A stretch of DNA of 32,000 nucleotides, from the NCBI RefSeq assembly GCF_016593155.1, contig NZ_AP023215.1, forward strand, positions 270,001 to 302,000, in the 5' to 3' direction. The notes beneath the pieces are model-generated. The model saw only the letters and a list, made by a program, of their open reading frames with translations. It made no database searches and had not been told where the DNA came from. Numbering within the stretch: the first letter of the stretch is position 1; every line of letters starts with the position of its first letter. Shown here in pieces: positions 31,437 through 32,000 of this stretch. The translations under genes and the position numbers were made by a program. The DNA comes from Candidatus Saccharimonadota bacterium. Lineage in GTDB: Bacteria > Pseudomonadota > Gammaproteobacteria > Burkholderiales > Burkholderiaceae.

Positions 31437-32000
31437 ATGAAATCTATTAGTTCATTTATTTATATAAGTGTAATAATTTTTTTTATATTATTATGCGCAT
31501 ATTTTACTACTGGTTTTTTTATTGTTCAAGAAGGTCAAACTGCGGTAGTTTTAACTTTTGGAAAATATAGTTATTCAGCTATATCTGGTTTTAATTGGAA
31601 ATGGCCTTATCCGATTCAGAATTATGAAATAGTAAATATATCTCAATTACGTACCGTTGAAATTGGATATCGAATCAATATTCACAATAAAAGACCAGAA
31701 GAGGCATTAATGTTAACAGATGATGAAAATATTATTGATATTCAATTTGCTGTTCAATATAAATTGAAAAATGCAGCAGATTGGATGTTTAATAATATTG
31801 ATCAGGAAAACATGATTCGACAGGTCGCTGAAACTGTAATTCGTGAAATTGTTGGCCAAAATAAAATGGATTATTTATTATACGCGGGAAGGGAAAAAGT
31901 TTCATTAGATGTTAATAAATTAATGCAGAATATTTTAAATTATTATAAATCTGGTGTACAAGTTGTTAATGTAACCATGCAAGGTATTCAGCCACCAGAG
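31437..32000 (+). CDS. hflK: HflK (SPFH/band-7 protease modulator), N-terminal 188 codons; continues past the right edge
   Basis: Absent from the ORF track (open at the edge). My translation from the ATG at 31437 is MKSISSFIYISVIIFFILLCAYFTTGFFIVQEGQTAVVLTFGKYS...QLRTVEIGYR...MLTDDENIIDIQFAVQYKLKNAADWMFN...VAETVIREIVGQ...GVQVVNVTMQGIQPPE. This gives a TM anchor followed by an SPFH domain typical of HflK. Confidence 0.85.
   Translation, partial: MKSISSFIYISVIIFFILLCAYFTTGFFIVQEGQTAVVLTFGKYSYSAISGFNWKWPYPIQNYEIVNISQLRTVEIGYRINIHNKRPEEALMLTDDENIIDIQFAVQYKLKNAADWMFNNIDQENMIRQVAETVIREIVGQNKMDYLLYAGREKVSLDVNKLMQNILNYYKSGVQVVNVTMQGIQPPE

Overview
This is an ordinary core-genome window, and I found no novel system. 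All identifications come from motif and sequence recall only; no database search was possible.

Sequence character: the window is extremely AT-rich. By eye, coding DNA is roughly one quarter G+C and the spacers are almost free of G/C. Genes are tightly packed and use the standard code (Trp = TGG; every stop codon I checked is TAA). The segment looks like an obligate, genome-reduced endosymbiont. DnaK, the AhpC with a C-terminal LCACN motif, and the nusA-infB-rbfA-truB-typA and leuS-holA neighbourhoods look Burkholderiales/betaproteobacterial to me. It could be something like Ca. Kinetoplastibacterium or an insect beta-symbiont, but that attribution is from memory and is not verified.

Gene content: every long ORF is a recognisable housekeeping gene.
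- typA (partial), truB, rbfA, infB, nusA
- rluB, bfr
- the complete F1Fo operon atpBEFHAGDC
- gatCAB, rsmI, tRNA-Leu(UAG), trpS
- grpE-dnaK-dnaJ, ftsY, holA, leuS
- lipB-lipA, ahpC, hflK (partial)

27 of the 31 genes lie on the minus strand. I see no mobile elements, CRISPR arrays, toxin-antitoxin or defence cassettes, orphan gene clusters or rRNA.

What is worth a second look is modest:
- Gene losses at conserved operon positions: rimP, lptE, atpI, ahpD.
- Domain-trimmed NusA, IF2 and FtsY.
- Long in-frame poly(A) lysine tracts in essential genes, up to A14 in leuS.
- A few G/C-containing or perfectly palindromic islands in otherwise A/T-only spacers. These include a sigma-32-like promoter for grpE-dnaK-dnaJ, a dnaK-dnaJ hairpin, one clear bidirectional terminator, a gatA-gatB hairpin and an orphan perfect Shine-Dalgarno/anti-SD motif.
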